This document shows, in pieces, positions 26,797 through 28,295 of a stretch of 28,295 bases of DNA. How positions within the stretch are numbered: position 1 is the stretch's first letter; each line of letters opens with the position of its first letter. A model generated the notes under the pieces. It saw only the letters and a list, made by a program, of their open reading frames with translations. It was not told the origin of the DNA and did not search any database. Location of the stretch: the sequence record NZ_CP027233.1. One strand, written 5' to 3'. The position numbers and the translations under genes were made by a program. Origin of the DNA: a plasmid.

Positions 26797-26928
26797 ATAT
26801 TTTCATCATCTGAGTTACCCACGCGAAGGGTTCAAAATACCAAAAGGTATCGGTATGAAAAATGCCTTTGGCTTTCAGTTCTCCCCAAAAGGTATAGGTA
26901 GCATTGAATACCTTTTTAGTATTATCTA
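26797..26928 (-). pseudogene. Relic fragment of a paralogous T6SS effector gene. Homologous to nt 557-705 of the left-edge effector, with a 44-bp identical core.
   Basis: TTCATCATCTGAGTTACCCACGCGAAGGGTTCAAAATACCAAAA is identical at 556-599 and 26802-26845. The flanking approximately 75 bp on the higher-coordinate side is about 75% identical. There is no similarity on the other side. Minus-strand translation gives KVFNATYTFWGELKAKGIFHTDTFWYFEPFAWVTQMMKIF. The effector has KVFDATYTFWEKLKDKLSGQDKTFFKEGVFWYFEPFAWVTQMMKVF. The fragment is truncated at both ends. Confidence 0.55.
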
Positions 26929-26932
26929 AAGA

Positions 26933-27472
26933 CTATGCTGTAGGAATTTGAACAGCTACTATTTTATATTTCCCATTTTGTTTCTTCAGAACAAAATCAA
27001 AAGTCGTTTTCCACACATCCATATATATACTAAAACAATTTTTATTTTCTTCAAAAAAAGTGCAATTTCCTTTTGAAATACTGATGGCAGATTTTAGTCC
27101 TTCTTTTAAGAGCCCTTCATACAGCATAATGTTATCTTTTACTTCATTAAATGTATAAAACTTGTCTTCAAAAATTTTTAAATTCTCATCAAGACCTCTA
27201 ACTATTAATGGAAAATTTATGAGTTCTTCTAACTTTTCATCATTGTTAGATAATGAGATTTTTTTCATTCGTTGAAGAAATTCTTCTATTGTTTCATTTT
27301 TAGTAGCCTTCAATTCAACACTTTTTATTACCTGAGATGTAATAGTATCTAATTTGAGGCTATCTTGCGTTTCAACTTTATTTTCTTGAGAGTCATAAAC
27401 ATTTACTTTTGAAGTATTGTTTTGACAACTTATAAATATTAAAAATAGTATAGAACTAAAAAGCTTTTTCAT
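26933..27472 (-). CDS. Lipoprotein (179 aa). Candidate T6SS immunity protein.
   Basis: MKKLFSSILFLIFISCQNN has a signal peptide and lipobox FISC. Periplasmic lipoproteins are the usual immunity partners of cell-wall-degrading effectors. Lies directly upstream (same strand) of the effector-gene relic. Confidence 0.5.
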   Translation of the reverse strand: MKKLFSSILFLIFISCQNNTSKVNVYDSQENKVETQDSLKLDTITSQVIKSVELKATKNETIEEFLQRMKKISLSNNDEKLEELINFPLIVRGLDENLKIFEDKFYTFNEVKDNIMLYEGLLKEGLKSAISISKGNCTFFEENKNCFSIYMDVWKTTFDFVLKKQNGKYKIVAVQIPTA

Positions 27473-27483
27473 TTTGATATAAT

Positions 27484-28206
27484 TTAATTTTTTAGGGATT
27501 TTCTTATTTTTTCTATAGTTTCAGTATTAAACAAAGAATGACCATTTTCTTCCAATGATAAGATTATATTATATACTTTTTTCTTTAGTTTTGTGGGTAG
27601 GTAAAAAAATGTTTTGTCAATTTGGGTATGTCTTCCATCATCTATAGTTGAATTTTGATGACGAATGGCTATTTTTTTTCCTAAATAATAAACAAGTATT
27701 TTTACTCTTCCTTCTTCAAAATCTTCCCCATATAAAGATTTTGTTCCATAAACTATGATTGGGTCTATATACCCATCATTATCTATATCTGTTAGACTGA
27801 GATATCTTGTCCAAAAACTAATAGATTTTTCCGTTTCATCGATAAAATCTGTAATTGTCCAATTTGTTTTTATTTGTTTGTCTTTCAAAAAAGAAATATT
27901 AAAGGCTTTTATATTTTTTTTCAAACTATGCTCATCTTCTATATTTCCCTTAATTACATTCTCAGTAAAAATGATATATTGCTTACTTTCCTTATCAGAA
28001 AAGGAATAAATTCTAAATATGGGATATTGAATTCCTATTTCATTTAGAACATTATCAGTAAAAATTTTATTTATTTCTGATTTTGTTAAAATAGTATCCC
28101 TTATGCTATCAGTATATATTTCATTATTGAAATAACTCACTTTAGCTATTAAATTTGTACAGCAAAATAAGCCAAAAAAGAAAAGTATTTTAATGTGTAG
28201 ATTCAT
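27484..28206 (-). CDS. Secreted/periplasmic protein (240 aa). Candidate second immunity protein.
   Basis: MNLHIKILFFFGLFCCTNLIAKV is a hydrophobic signal sequence with a possible lipobox Cys. Co-oriented with the 179-aa lipoprotein, 11 nt apart. Confidence 0.45.
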   Translation of the reverse strand: MNLHIKILFFFGLFCCTNLIAKVSYFNNEIYTDSIRDTILTKSEINKIFTDNVLNEIGIQYPIFRIYSFSDKESKQYIIFTENVIKGNIEDEHSLKKNIKAFNISFLKDKQIKTNWTITDFIDETEKSISFWTRYLSLTDIDNDGYIDPIIVYGTKSLYGEDFEEGRVKILVYYLGKKIAIRHQNSTIDDGRHTQIDKTFFYLPTKLKKKVYNIILSLEENGHSLFNTETIEKIRKSLKN

Positions 28207-28295
28207 TTTTATTTGTTTTTAAGTTTAAACCATATTTTTTATTAGCCTCATTAGCCGTTATTATAGGAATATTTTTATTATATAGACTTTCAGGA

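Noticed and set aside
1-28295. Window ends being directly contiguous (a circle cut exactly here)
   Set aside because: Reading the effector frame across 1 to 28295 does not hit a stop, and it is out of frame with the 240-aa ORF start at 28206. At least some sequence must lie between the ends. Circularity remains only a hypothesis.

Overview
The window is AT-rich (GC-rich only in short islands) with Bacteroidota-style coding, most likely Flavobacteriia or Bacteroidia. It is dominated by a near-complete type VI secretion system of the Bacteroidota subtype (T6SSiii).

On the minus strand there is a vgrG-PAAR-effector operon (1-4956). The effector runs off the left edge and appears to combine an M23/LytM-like peptidase domain with a C-terminal TIGR02594/CHAP-like peptidoglycan hydrolase domain. 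On the plus strand tssE, tssF and a multi-pass membrane protein follow (7297-10469). A convergent minus-strand block of tssC, tssB and hcp sits at 10524-12847. Next comes a minus-strand run of six genes (13492-19885): an 803-aa lipoprotein, a PKD-domain membrane protein, two small single-TM proteins, a TssG-sized protein and tssK. These look like the Bacteroidota-specific membrane complex plus baseplate. clpV/tssH is at 20476-22962.

Plasmid-type modules are interleaved with the T6SS genes. A serine recombinase, a ParA ATPase and a 183-aa partner ORF sit between vgrG and tssE (5031-7022). A Rep_3-type initiator is flanked by at least six copies of a roughly 20-bp iteron (22995-24295). A mobilization module follows (24989-26238): a GC-rich 12-bp inverted repeat that may be oriT, a MobC-like accessory protein and a MobA/VirD2-type relaxase.

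At the right edge there are two secreted or lipoprotein ORFs that look like immunity proteins. Next to them is a ~130-bp relic of a paralogous effector gene that shares a perfectly identical 44-bp core with the left-edge effector. I read the window as part of a plasmid or plasmid-derived mobilizable element that carries its own T6SSiii and effector/immunity cargo.

All functional calls come from motif-level reading of the translations. Homology searches are needed to confirm them.
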